Of a DNA stretch of 60,343 nt, positions 1 through 8,627 are shown one piece after another. The position numbers and the translations under genes are program-made. Each line of letters begins with the position of its first letter. Position 1 is the stretch's first letter. Source of the stretch: a virus (lineage: Duplodnaviria > Caudoviricetes); the IMG/VR virus record IMGVR_UViG_3300042940_002972, positions 1-60,343 of that record; one strand, 5' to 3'. The notes below the pieces were generated by a model that saw nothing but the letters and a program-made list of their open reading frames with translations, did not search any database and was not told the DNA's origin.

Positions 1-401
1 GTATATTCTGAAGTACCTTTTCCTGGTAATCTATAAACATCATAAAGTCTGGCAGTTTCATCTGCAGTAATTTGTCCCATTTCCCTATTTACTTCCATAG
101 ATTCATCCGCTGGTTCAATCGTAATCTGATTTACCAATAAATTAGGCATAAATCTTTGTATTGCATCTCTAATATCTGACTCAATAGCTTGAAATGTCAA
201 ACCATCCAAAGGCTCAAAAACAAATTCATATATTCTTGTTCCAAATTCAGGTAAATAGTAACGCGACCCCTTCCTTGTCAAAATAAGATGAATTAAATCT
301 GCCCTTATCTGTTGAGACGTATATTCAGTTAATTCAAGAAAGTCTCCTCTAAAAGAATCATTGAATGGGAATTTTATACCATAGGTTGTTCCGTCTGCCA
401 T
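1..401 (-). CDS. Baseplate wedge subunit, gp25/GPW-like (partial, runs off the window start)
   Basis: Not in the ORF track. Manual translation from ATG at 401 gives MADGTTYGIKFPFNDSFRGDFLELTEYTSQQIRADLIHLILTRKGSRYYLPEFGTRIYEFVFEPLD...; the L-T-x-x-G-x-R-x-x-x-P-x-F-G pattern is typical of gp25. TATTTAT motif upstream at 407-413. Confidence 0.85.
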   Translation of the reverse strand, partial: MADGTTYGIKFPFNDSFRGDFLELTEYTSQQIRADLIHLILTRKGSRYYLPEFGTRIYEFVFEPLDGLTFQAIESDIRDAIQRFMPNLLVNQITIEPADESMEVNREMGQITADETARLYDVYRLPGKGTSEY

Positions 402-421
402 ATCCCATAAATATACTTTGA

Positions 422-613
422 TTATTTTTTTACTAAAGTATTACCTTTTTGTCCTTTTGGAAAATACGGACAGTACCTACATCCCGAACCACAACAATAT
501 CCTCTTCTGATATGGTACTCTTCTTTCATAACTTTCATACCATTTTCCACATAAAAATCAGAAGGGAGAAGTTTTAGCTTCTCCCTTTTATTTTCTGAAT
601 GTTTTTTCATCAT
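422..613 (-). CDS. Small Cys-rich protein, DUF5522-like
   Basis: HIRRGYCCGSGCRYCPY motif; start overlaps the RNR stop (ATGA). Confidence 0.65.
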   Translation of the reverse strand: MMKKHSENKREKLKLLPSDFYVENGMKVMKEEYHIRRGYCCGSGCRYCPYFPKGQKGNTLVKK

Positions 614-2472
614 ACAAATTTTACCTCACAAGCCCCACCAGCACATGCCGCCTCACCAGATAAGTCTGTATTATCATCTATTTCTACAATTTTGGATAAA
701 TCAACATCATGTAGTGTTTTCATCAACTCTTCGTATTTTTCTTTTGAACAATCTTCAAATGGTGCTTGAATGTAAGTTCCTCCGTCATATGGTAAAACCG
801 ATAAACCATTATAATATTCTTTATTTTCCCACATCCATTCGCCAACTGCGGGCCATTCATGTTCTCTGATTGATACTGTTGCCGATACATTATGTGCGTT
901 TGAACCACTTCTGTGTCCTGGTTTAATCCATTCTTGTTGAACTCTTTTAACTCTTTCGAGCAGTTGAATTGGTGATTCGTTTCTCAAAATTGACCCTTCT
1001 GGTGCTTTCTGTGGTATACCAATAACAGCTGTGTCGTGAGGTCTAAAGTATTCATCTTCAACTAATTCTGAATGATTGTCTTTCAAATAAGAATAGATTG
1101 ATTCGTTTTTACCGACTCTTACTCTTCGTACATAATAATCATTGTGCCATGCGTGGATACCTGATGACGTACCGAGTGTTAGAGAGGTTGTACCCGCTGG
1201 TTTAACTGTTGTTGTTCTTGCAGCAGGATTGATACCAATGATGTCAGCAACTCTTTTGTTTTCTTCTTTTACAACTTTTGCGGCTGCTTTCATATTCAAA
1301 CCTAAAACCGCACCTGAACCAATACCTGTCATAGAAATACCAACGAGGGCGTCTTTTTCAGTCGTTCTTTGCCAAATAGGTCTCAAATAATGGAAGTCAG
1401 TATATCCTGCTTGGAGTGTTCCAATGAACGAAGCAGCTTTTACTCTGTCCTCGTAATCCTCTTGTGATACAACATTTGATACATTCACCTCCGTTAAATT
1501 ACAGAATTGGAATGGTCTGAGAGCAATTTCACAACATGGATTGGTTCCCCAATCTTTATCATTACTCAAATAAATTCCTGGTTCACCCGCCTTACTAAGT
1601 TCAATTTTTTTCCAAAGGTCCATAAAATACTCTTTTGTAACCTTGTGACGAAGTAATACGGCCGAGTTATTAGCTCTACCTCTTTGAGGATTATGCTCCC
1701 ACCATGAACCGGTTTTACAACCAATCATTTCTTCATCTGTTGCAGAGAACAAAGAAATCAAAGCCGCCCTTCTGATACCACCCGCTAAAACTGCATCAGC
1801 AATATGACATACCATGTCGTGAACTTCAATCGGTCTAAGTCTATCTCCGTCATTTTTTGAATCAAGAATACCATCAAGTTTGATAAGACACTCTTTAAGT
1901 GGTTGAGGTCCAGGTGCTTTTCCACCTGAGGTAACTAATCGAGCCCCCTTTGGTCTGATGTCGCTGAAGTCGAATTGGATGTAAGAACCCCCATAGAAAT
2001 ATGATTTTACTAACACCTTGACCGCATCGGCCCATCCTTCTATTGAGTCAGCCACTAACCATCTTCTTCCCCTATCTTTATTTGGTTTTCTTATTTCAGG
2101 AAGCACATCAACATGATGTTTTTGAACAGAGTACCCCACACCTGTACCTCCGAGTAATAAGAACATAATTTCAGAGAATACTCTCCAATCGTCTACAGGA
2201 GCATACGCACAATTGTAGATTCTGTTTGGTGAAATTTCGATAGGTTTACCTGCGAATTGCATTGACCTCATTGATGGTAGAACCTGTTTTCTGTAAACAT
2301 ACATGTAGTTCTCGCGGATTTCTTTTTCTAATTTGGGATACTTTTTGATATGCATCTCCATGTTTCTTGTTACAAGCTCTTGCCATGTCTCTCTTCTCTT
2401 CAGCTCAGGGATGTACTTAGCATACTTCATGTACACCGTGATGTCTGATAAAATTCTGTTTGAAATGTCCAT
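610..2472 (-). CDS. nrdJ: Class II (adenosylcobalamin-dependent) ribonucleotide reductase, monomeric RTPR-like
   Basis: TNPCCEI active-site motif, FCNLTEVN, TVKPAGT and C-terminal redox pair CAGGAC; 620 aa; no beta-subunit gene nearby. Confidence 0.9.
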   Translation of the reverse strand: MDISNRILSDITVYMKYAKYIPELKRRETWQELVTRNMEMHIKKYPKLEKEIRENYMYVYRKQVLPSMRSMQFAGKPIEISPNRIYNCAYAPVDDWRVFSEIMFLLLGGTGVGYSVQKHHVDVLPEIRKPNKDRGRRWLVADSIEGWADAVKVLVKSYFYGGSYIQFDFSDIRPKGARLVTSGGKAPGPQPLKECLIKLDGILDSKNDGDRLRPIEVHDMVCHIADAVLAGGIRRAALISLFSATDEEMIGCKTGSWWEHNPQRGRANNSAVLLRHKVTKEYFMDLWKKIELSKAGEPGIYLSNDKDWGTNPCCEIALRPFQFCNLTEVNVSNVVSQEDYEDRVKAASFIGTLQAGYTDFHYLRPIWQRTTEKDALVGISMTGIGSGAVLGLNMKAAAKVVKEENKRVADIIGINPAARTTTVKPAGTTSLTLGTSSGIHAWHNDYYVRRVRVGKNESIYSYLKDNHSELVEDEYFRPHDTAVIGIPQKAPEGSILRNESPIQLLERVKRVQQEWIKPGHRSGSNAHNVSATVSIREHEWPAVGEWMWENKEYYNGLSVLPYDGGTYIQAPFEDCSKEKYEELMKTLHDVDLSKIVEIDDNTDLSGEAACAGGACEVKFV

Positions 2473-2534
2473 TTTTAAAATTTTTTTGTAAAATGATTTT
2501 ATTTAAAAAATCGGTGATTTTCTTATTAAATATA

Positions 2535-2555
2535 TGGTCGGCTGTAAACCGACCA
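2535..2555 (-). terminator. Hairpin between helicase and RNR, possible terminator
   Basis: TGGTCGG-N7-CCGACCA inverted repeat in the intergenic gap; the U tract is weak. Confidence 0.5.
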
Positions 2556-2606
2556 CAAATTTAATTAAAAAAAAATAAGTTTTTTTTGAAAAAAGTAGAT
2601 ATTTAA

Positions 2607-3992
2607 TTAGGTACTTTTTTGTTGTTCACGTTGTTTTCTTTTCTCCAATAATTCTTTGACTCTGTCTTTTTTTCTTTCTTCTTGTTGTTCTTCAAATCCT
2701 AAGAATGTGATTGACGATTCAGTATCAATTTCGAGTAATTCATTATTGAATTTACAATTCTCAAAAACAACCCCGTCTTTACCAAGACGAGATTTTGTGA
2801 TGGCAATTGTCGCAAGATTCATCTCTTTCTGCTGTAGGGTTTTAGCGACAGTGATGATTACGTGACCCACTTGTGCTTTTTTGATTGAACCTCCCATTTG
2901 GTCTGTCGTAACAACTTCAGACGAAATTGAACTTCTATTACCTTGGGTAGCTGTCCAACCGACAAGGTTCAATTCGTGACACATGGCTTCGAATGCTCTC
3001 ATAATAGAACCCTCAGCTTTCCATTCGTCTTTTGCACTCTGTTCAGGAAGAACACAATCAATATAATCCAAAAGTATTAAATCTATCTTGTTACCCTCAG
3101 CAATCATTTTCCTAACTTGGTTCTTGATTTGACCCATGGTTACTGTATCTGATGCCAACTTTTTGAGAATCAATTTGTTCTTCATAGTGTCTTGAATCTC
3201 TGATATTTTCTCCATAACTTTCTCTCTATTAGCCGCTAAATTATCAGGTTCGACACCAGTCCATATTGTAAAATGTTTTCTCTGTATTATTTTAGGATTA
3301 TCCTCAAAAAATATTTGAAGAACGTTATATCCATGATTGAATGCTGTGTTTGCTATTTTAGTGAGTATTGTTGTTTTACCAACACCTGTTGGTGCAAGAA
3401 TGACTCCGATTTCACCTTTAGCCAATCCACCTTTCAATAACCTATCAATTCCAGTAATACCCATTGGTATAGGGTGCCTGTAATCATCCTCCAAAACGGT
3501 ATCTAATCCTGAAAATATATCAGAGACATTTTTTTCAATTTCTCCAACTTGTAAAGCCTCCCGAACTAACCCTTCAACTTTATCGTAAGATTCAAAGTCT
3601 CCTTCAGTAATTATTTTTTGGGCTCTATCCATAGCCTTTTTTAATTCCTGTTGTTTACAGAATTTCAAAGCTTTCTCTTGAACGAATTGAGCTCCTTCAA
3701 CGGGTGCGTCTTTGATTTGTTTTAAAGTATCTAATACAATTTTGACAACTAATTCTTGCGTTACTTCAGCCCTAACAATTTGTTCGATTGTTTCAAAATT
3801 GGGAGAAGCCTCATATTTCAGATGATATTCTTTAATCATCTGAATGATAATTTTGAAGTATTTGTTATCAAAATACGATGGCTCAAGAACGTCGACAATT
3901 GAGGATGCAAAATCTTTATCCTCTATTAGTTGGTTGATAAGTTGTATTTGAAACGTGTTACCTAAGTAGTCAAAGTTTTTGTTCATAGCCAA
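2607..3992 (-). CDS. Replicative DnaB/gp41-like helicase
   Basis: Walker A APTGVGKT, LLDYID, TATQGNR, ITKSRLG. Alternative ATG start at 3986. Confidence 0.92.
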   Translation of the reverse strand: MAMNKNFDYLGNTFQIQLINQLIEDKDFASSIVDVLEPSYFDNKYFKIIIQMIKEYHLKYEASPNFETIEQIVRAEVTQELVVKIVLDTLKQIKDAPVEGAQFVQEKALKFCKQQELKKAMDRAQKIITEGDFESYDKVEGLVREALQVGEIEKNVSDIFSGLDTVLEDDYRHPIPMGITGIDRLLKGGLAKGEIGVILAPTGVGKTTILTKIANTAFNHGYNVLQIFFEDNPKIIQRKHFTIWTGVEPDNLAANREKVMEKISEIQDTMKNKLILKKLASDTVTMGQIKNQVRKMIAEGNKIDLILLDYIDCVLPEQSAKDEWKAEGSIMRAFEAMCHELNLVGWTATQGNRSSISSEVVTTDQMGGSIKKAQVGHVIITVAKTLQQKEMNLATIAITKSRLGKDGVVFENCKFNNELLEIDTESSITFLGFEEQQEERKKDRVKELLEKRKQREQQKST

Positions 3993-4019
3993 AGAAAATA
4001 TCCCCTCTTATTTTAAATA

Positions 4020-4481
4020 TCAATCTCTCAAATCAATTCCGCAATATTCGTAAGATAATTCGGAATTTGAAAAAATGTCAGTCAGTTCTTTAAGAACATC
4101 CTTCAAATATGGTCTTACGTCAACCGTGTAACGAACTTTTGGTGGAAACTTTTTTCCATCGAAAATTCTCTGACAAATTGTCTGGTCTCCAACTTTCACC
4201 GATAGATAAAAGTTTTCAGGGCCTTCTGTGAAGGATGTCTCCATAATCTTTGGGTCGTGAATAATCGCCTCCATATTGTCCATCATATAAATTACCGTCT
4301 TCATTTTTAGGTAATACTGTAGTTCTTCGGACAATGATTTGATGAAATAATAAAACTCTGTGGAGTTCTTTGCATCGGGGTTAAACCCTTTAACGTTGAA
4401 GAATCTTTGAACAACAATGTTGTCGTTCAGGGTCAACAAAAATTCCATCTTGATGCTGTCGTGTTCTTTCATGTTTTTCAT
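4020..4481 (-). CDS. Hypothetical protein
   Basis: ORF inside the replication operon; start moved to the ATG at 4481, which overlaps the upstream stop (ATGA). Confidence 0.7.
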   Translation of the reverse strand: MKNMKEHDSIKMEFLLTLNDNIVVQRFFNVKGFNPDAKNSTEFYYFIKSLSEELQYYLKMKTVIYMMDNMEAIIHDPKIMETSFTEGPENFYLSVKVGDQTICQRIFDGKKFPPKVRYTVDVRPYLKDVLKELTDIFSNSELSYEYCGIDLRD

Positions 4482-5476
4482 TTTTTTGTGTTTCGTTTTT
4501 CTTTTCTTGTTAGTTTCATAAATGGTTTTAGGAAGTTTACCCACGCCTCATCGTTTTTTGGTAGGTATTTGAATAGGCCGTCTTCCATCATCAGCCTCAT
4601 TAGATTTTTATAACCTCGGTCAGTTGGGTCCATAATATCGGTATGAATTTGTTCCACAAGTTGTTTACCTTCTTGATTTATGAGGGGATTATGAAGGTCA
4701 ACAATCCTTTGATTCACAACGTAAAACTCTTCTCCAAGTATACCACTTTTAGTCCGTCCAGTCAAAATATTTTCCAAAGATTTAGGTAATTTCTTTTGCT
4801 TTATATTTCGTGCATAACTCAAAATTTCTTCAATACTGCATGGTCTCTCAAGCATAAAAGGGAATAATTTAACAAGAGTCTTTTCCCCTAAACCTTCAAT
4901 ACCATCAATATTGTCCGATTTATCTCCTGTGAAAATTTTGGTGAGAGTAATATTATAATGTGGGATGTCGACCTTATTGATTGTTACCTTATCCCCATTT
5001 TTAAAATACCTCTTCGCCACAGGGGAATAGATGGTCACTCTTTGGCTTATAAGTTGGGTTAGGTCTTTATCCGCAGAAAAGATAATAATGTCCTCATTGG
5101 TCGCAATTTGACAATAGTAAGCAATTAGGTCATCTGCCTCATTATCTTTCATTTCTACCTGTCGTACGAATACCTCCTCCAAATACATCTTTACCCTAGC
5201 TTTTTGTTGAAGGTAGGATTCGTATTTGTATTCGTTCATATCTTGCCGACGATTTCCTTTATATTGTGGATACAACCCTTTTCTCACGGAAGAGTTTGAA
5301 TCACCGTCCCAAAATACTATTACCTTGTCGTGGTTGTGTTCTTCGAGGAATTTCCTGATGGTATTGATAAAATGATAAACTCCCCCTATATGGGAACCAT
5401 CGTTATAAAGTTCTTTGACTCCGTGAAAACCAATTTTGAAAAGGTTGTCACCATCTACTAATAATGTTTTAGACAC
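4478..5476 (-). CDS. 5'-3' exonuclease / T4 RNase H-like flap endonuclease
   Basis: LLVDGDN, EADDLIA, SADKDL and the H3TH motif GDKSDNIDGIEGLGEKT. Confidence 0.92.
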   Translation of the reverse strand: MSKTLLVDGDNLFKIGFHGVKELYNDGSHIGGVYHFINTIRKFLEEHNHDKVIVFWDGDSNSSVRKGLYPQYKGNRRQDMNEYKYESYLQQKARVKMYLEEVFVRQVEMKDNEADDLIAYYCQIATNEDIIIFSADKDLTQLISQRVTIYSPVAKRYFKNGDKVTINKVDIPHYNITLTKIFTGDKSDNIDGIEGLGEKTLVKLFPFMLERPCSIEEILSYARNIKQKKLPKSLENILTGRTKSGILGEEFYVVNQRIVDLHNPLINQEGKQLVEQIHTDIMDPTDRGYKNLMRLMMEDGLFKYLPKNDEAWVNFLKPFMKLTRKEKRNTKK

Positions 5477-5498
5477 ATAATCCTTTTAAGGTGAACAA

Positions 5499-6500
5499 TC
5501 AATCTTCTTTTTCTTCTGTAAGTGTAAAATCACCTTCCGCACCTATAATATCTTTCCAATAGTCCGCATATTCTTTCTTATACGCTTCAATTGAAGCCTT
5601 CTCTTCAGTAGAATCTTTACCCGCCAAAAATCCGTGTGGTGTAACTATGATTCTTCCGTCATCATATCCCAATCCATTGATATGATTTTTCATAACCGAT
5701 ATCTTACTTCTCACCGCAAACTTCACACTACGTTTATCTTTAGTAGCTGTTATCTTCGTTGTTCCAGCACCTTTCTGATTTCCGAAAAGAAAAACAAGTG
5801 AAGAGTTCAACCAAACTGATTCTCCACCCTTGGCTTTAATTTTTGGTTGACCAAATGGATTATCGGGAAGTTCAACCCACGGTTGATTGATTATGATAAG
5901 AGTATTTTCGTATTCGGTATCCGCTTTACGTGAGCCTGAAATTCTTTGGTTGATACCCATTCCTATTTTATCAGATAATACTGAAGCGTTGTGTTGTTTA
6001 CCACCTTTACCTTCGTAAGTCATCTTACAGGGAACAGAACCAACTGAATCCCATATAAAACACAAACTATAATTCAGTTCCCCTTTTTCTTGGGCATCTA
6101 AAAGTTGATTGACATAATCTGTAATTTGTTCAATATAACTGAAATTGTTGTTGAAAAGGAAGAGTCCATCCCAATCCATTTCACCTGTTTCAGTATCTAC
6201 AACTTCTTCACACTGAAATCCCATGAGTTTCGCATGTTCAAAACTCCATTTTTGTTCTGTGATAATAAAAACAGGTAGAATATCTTTTTTCTGAGCATCA
6301 ACAGCTGCCTTGATTGCTGCGGTAGTCTTCCCTGTATCTGAGTGACCCAAGAACATGTTGATATGTCCTATAGCAGGACCAGGTAAACCAACAGCGTCTA
6401 AAAAATCTGCACCAAGGTCCAAAAATCTTTGGGGTTTATATTTTGCTGAAGTCGAAAATTTCTTCTTCAGGTTACTGAATTCGTTTTTCTTTATAGCCAT
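5499..6500 (-). CDS. RecA/UvsX-like recombinase
   Basis: Walker A GHSDTGKT, WDSVGS, IINQ and KGG motifs; lies next to SSB and exonuclease. Confidence 0.88.
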   Translation of the reverse strand: MAIKKNEFSNLKKKFSTSAKYKPQRFLDLGADFLDAVGLPGPAIGHINMFLGHSDTGKTTAAIKAAVDAQKKDILPVFIITEQKWSFEHAKLMGFQCEEVVDTETGEMDWDGLFLFNNNFSYIEQITDYVNQLLDAQEKGELNYSLCFIWDSVGSVPCKMTYEGKGGKQHNASVLSDKIGMGINQRISGSRKADTEYENTLIIINQPWVELPDNPFGQPKIKAKGGESVWLNSSLVFLFGNQKGAGTTKITATKDKRSVKFAVRSKISVMKNHINGLGYDDGRIIVTPHGFLAGKDSTEEKASIEAYKKEYADYWKDIIGAEGDFTLTEEKED

Positions 6501-6502
6501 AA

Positions 6503-6715
6503 TTAAAAGTCTAAGTTGTAATCAATAAAATCTAATAGGTCATCCTCAGGGAAATAAACCTCCCAACCCCCATTTTTGTTGATGTAAAACCCACCACCGT
6601 TACCATCTTCCCATTTTCTCAAATGAAGGACTTTTCCATTATCATCTTCCAATTTGAGTTCGAATGTAACTGCTTCGTAAATTTTTTCAGGATGTTCTTT
6701 TACTTTGTAACCCAT
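6503..6715 (-). CDS. Hypothetical protein
   Basis: 70-aa ORF tightly packed in the operon, with an A-rich leader. Confidence 0.65.
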   Translation of the reverse strand: MGYKVKEHPEKIYEAVTFELKLEDDNGKVLHLRKWEDGNGGGFYINKNGGWEVYFPEDDLLDFIDYNLDF

Positions 6716-6726
6716 ATAAAAAAATT

Positions 6727-6748
6727 AAGGGCGGCCATGACCGCCCTT
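6727..6748 (-). terminator. Intrinsic terminator after SSB
   Basis: AAGGGCGG-N6-CCGCCCTT stem followed by AATTTTTTT on the minus strand. Confidence 0.8.
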
Positions 6749-6757
6749 TGTTATGAA

Positions 6758-7603
6758 TTAAAATGGTAAATCAGTGTCAACTTCAGCGTCTGCTTGAGGG
6801 TCAACAACTTTTGATTGTTTAGAACCACCAATAGAAGTTTCAGAAACCTCATCGTCACCGTAAACATATCCACCCTTTTCGTTATCCCACTTCGGTGTTT
6901 TTCCTTGTGCAATTGCTTCTAAATATTCAACAGGTTTTTTACTATAAACATCTGTCCAAGAAAGCTCGTCATTTACCCACTCTTTAGCTTGGTCTTTATC
7001 TGCATGAACCGGTGTAGGGTCATCGTACATAATTGCACTAACCGTGGTATATTCTTTTCCTTTTGGAGTCTTGGACTTAGCAAGTTCAATAATGAGGTCA
7101 CGACCTTTTTCTGCGTCAGTGATATCTCCTTTGTTTCTCCAAATTGGAATAATTTTATCAAGGATTCCCTCGTTCTTGTAATTGTGTTTGAATCTCCAAA
7201 ACTTTGGTCCATCTTGTTCGTTGTCACGGTCAATAACTTTCACAATATAGAACTTACGGGATTTGTATTGCTTAGCAAGTTCCTTATCGGATTCTTTACC
7301 TGTAGCCATCAACTCTTCGTAAACTTCATTCAAAGGTGAACGTTCGTTGTCATTTTTTCCTGGGTCATAAAACTTTTGCCATTGACCCCCAACTTGGATT
7401 TCGTGATACCAAGCCTCTTTGAATGGTGAGGAACCATCTGTGGTAGGAAGAATTCTTACTCTTCTCTGACCTGATTTCTCTTTATCACCGAGGATTAAAG
7501 CGAAATACTTTTTCATTCTTTCGTCTTGCGACATTTTCGATTGGGCCCCGCCCATTTGATTTTTTTCATACTGTGCCAATACGGCGTCTAATACATTACT
7601 CAT
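6758..7603 (-). CDS. Single-stranded DNA-binding protein, gp32-like
   Basis: RVRILP, FYIVKVIDRD, DITDAEKGRDLII and acidic tail DAEVDTDLPF. ATG at 7603 preferred because the track's TTG start (7630) lies inside the promoter. Confidence 0.85.
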   Translation of the reverse strand: MSNVLDAVLAQYEKNQMGGAQSKMSQDERMKKYFALILGDKEKSGQRRVRILPTTDGSSPFKEAWYHEIQVGGQWQKFYDPGKNDNERSPLNEVYEELMATGKESDKELAKQYKSRKFYIVKVIDRDNEQDGPKFWRFKHNYKNEGILDKIIPIWRNKGDITDAEKGRDLIIELAKSKTPKGKEYTTVSAIMYDDPTPVHADKDQAKEWVNDELSWTDVYSKKPVEYLEAIAQGKTPKWDNEKGGYVYGDDEVSETSIGGSKQSKVVDPQADAEVDTDLPF

Positions 7604-7627
7604 TTTTTTAAAATTTAGATTGTTTAG

Positions 7628-7659
7628 CAAATATAATTGGGATTTCCCTATATGTCAAA
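7628..7659 (-). promoter_or_regulatory. Bacteroidota-type housekeeping sigma promoter (-33 TTTG, -7 TAnnTTTG)
   Basis: Minus strand reads TTTG-ACATATAGGGAAATCCCAAT-TATATTTG (20-nt spacer), ending 24 nt before the SSB ATG. Confidence 0.75.
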
Positions 7660-7662
7660 TTT

Positions 7663-7686
7663 AAAAGGGACCAATCGGTCCCTTTT
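7663..7686. terminator. Intrinsic terminator, possibly bidirectional
   Basis: AAAAGGGACC-AATC-GGTCCCTTTT perfect inverted repeat just after the stop of 7689..8372. Confidence 0.85.
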
Positions 7687-7688
7687 TA

Positions 7689-8372
7689 TTATTTAAATCT
7701 AAAATCTTCTCTGTCCTCTCCACTCGGTTGGAATGAATTTTTTATATCGTTCACATTGATATCACTAACTTGGTCGTCAGTCAAAACATATTCATTTTTT
7801 CCCGTTTTTTCCATTTCTTCTTTTTTGTCATCAAAAAAATCAGAGAGTCTTTGGTTGTAAGGGTATGAATCATAAACTCTCAAATTCAATTTTTCTTCAG
7901 GACTCTTGGACCTATATTTTTCTAATTTACTTTCCAAAGAGTTTAACTTACCCATAATTTGGTCCATCTCACCAAGTCTTTTCTCTAAATTAGATAATTG
8001 TCCAAAAAGGTTTTCAAAGTATTCGTCTTGTTTTTGTTGGATATTTTTTTGAGCGTCAACTAAATCCGTTATCTCTAATTCTTCAGTTCCACCCTCATCA
8101 TCTTTTTTTTCTGTGGATTTACCTTTGTCATCTAGTTTTTCTACGTCTGGGTCAGATTCAACATCCAATGGTTGGGGAGTAGGTATACCCTTAGGTACAT
8201 CCGCCCCTTCTACTTCTGGAGTTGCGGGAGGAAGTCCCGGTGTTGCTCCCAAAGCTGCGGCAGCATCTGCTGCGGGGTCGGGTGGTGGAGGTTCAACGGT
8301 CTGTTCTTTGATATAACTTACGATAGAATTATATCTTTCTATCTCACTAAGAATTTTTTTATCTATACCCAT
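7689..8372 (-). CDS. Hypothetical protein (Pro/acidic linker plus coiled coil)
   Basis: 227-aa ORF with a low-complexity N-half and a heptad-like central segment. Confidence 0.75.
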   Translation of the reverse strand: MGIDKKILSEIERYNSIVSYIKEQTVEPPPPDPAADAAAALGATPGLPPATPEVEGADVPKGIPTPQPLDVESDPDVEKLDDKGKSTEKKDDEGGTEELEITDLVDAQKNIQQKQDEYFENLFGQLSNLEKRLGEMDQIMGKLNSLESKLEKYRSKSPEEKLNLRVYDSYPYNQRLSDFFDDKKEEMEKTGKNEYVLTDDQVSDINVNDIKNSFQPSGEDREDFRFK

Positions 8373-8374
8373 TT

Positions 8375-8599
8375 TTATCCGTTTAAAAGTTGTTTAATTC
8401 CTCTAGCAGTTTCTACCTTCACTCTTCTGTTTGCCAGATGTTGGTGACCTGCTCTTTCTATCAAACCATCTCTTTCTCTAACTACATAACATTCACCTGT
8501 GTCCAAATCACAAACTTCTTTTGAACCGTCTCCATTATCTTGTTCCGAAAACCTAACAGGCTTTCCCAAATAATTGTCGAGCATTGTTTTCAAACTCAT
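8375..8599 (-). CDS. Hypothetical protein
   Basis: Start moved to the ATG at 8599 (MSLKTML...), downstream of the TATTTAT motif at 8614-8620; contains CDLDTGEC. Confidence 0.7.
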   Translation of the reverse strand: MSLKTMLDNYLGKPVRFSEQDNGDGSKEVCDLDTGECYVVRERDGLIERAGHQHLANRRVKVETARGIKQLLNG

Positions 8600-8627
8600 A
8601 GAAATCTTTTTATATAAATATATTAAA

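Noticed and set aside
2560-2606. A/T-tract blocks here and near 20780 and 24345 as a repeated element or origin
   Set aside because: Low-complexity similarity in an AT-rich genome; not distinguishable from chance by eye.
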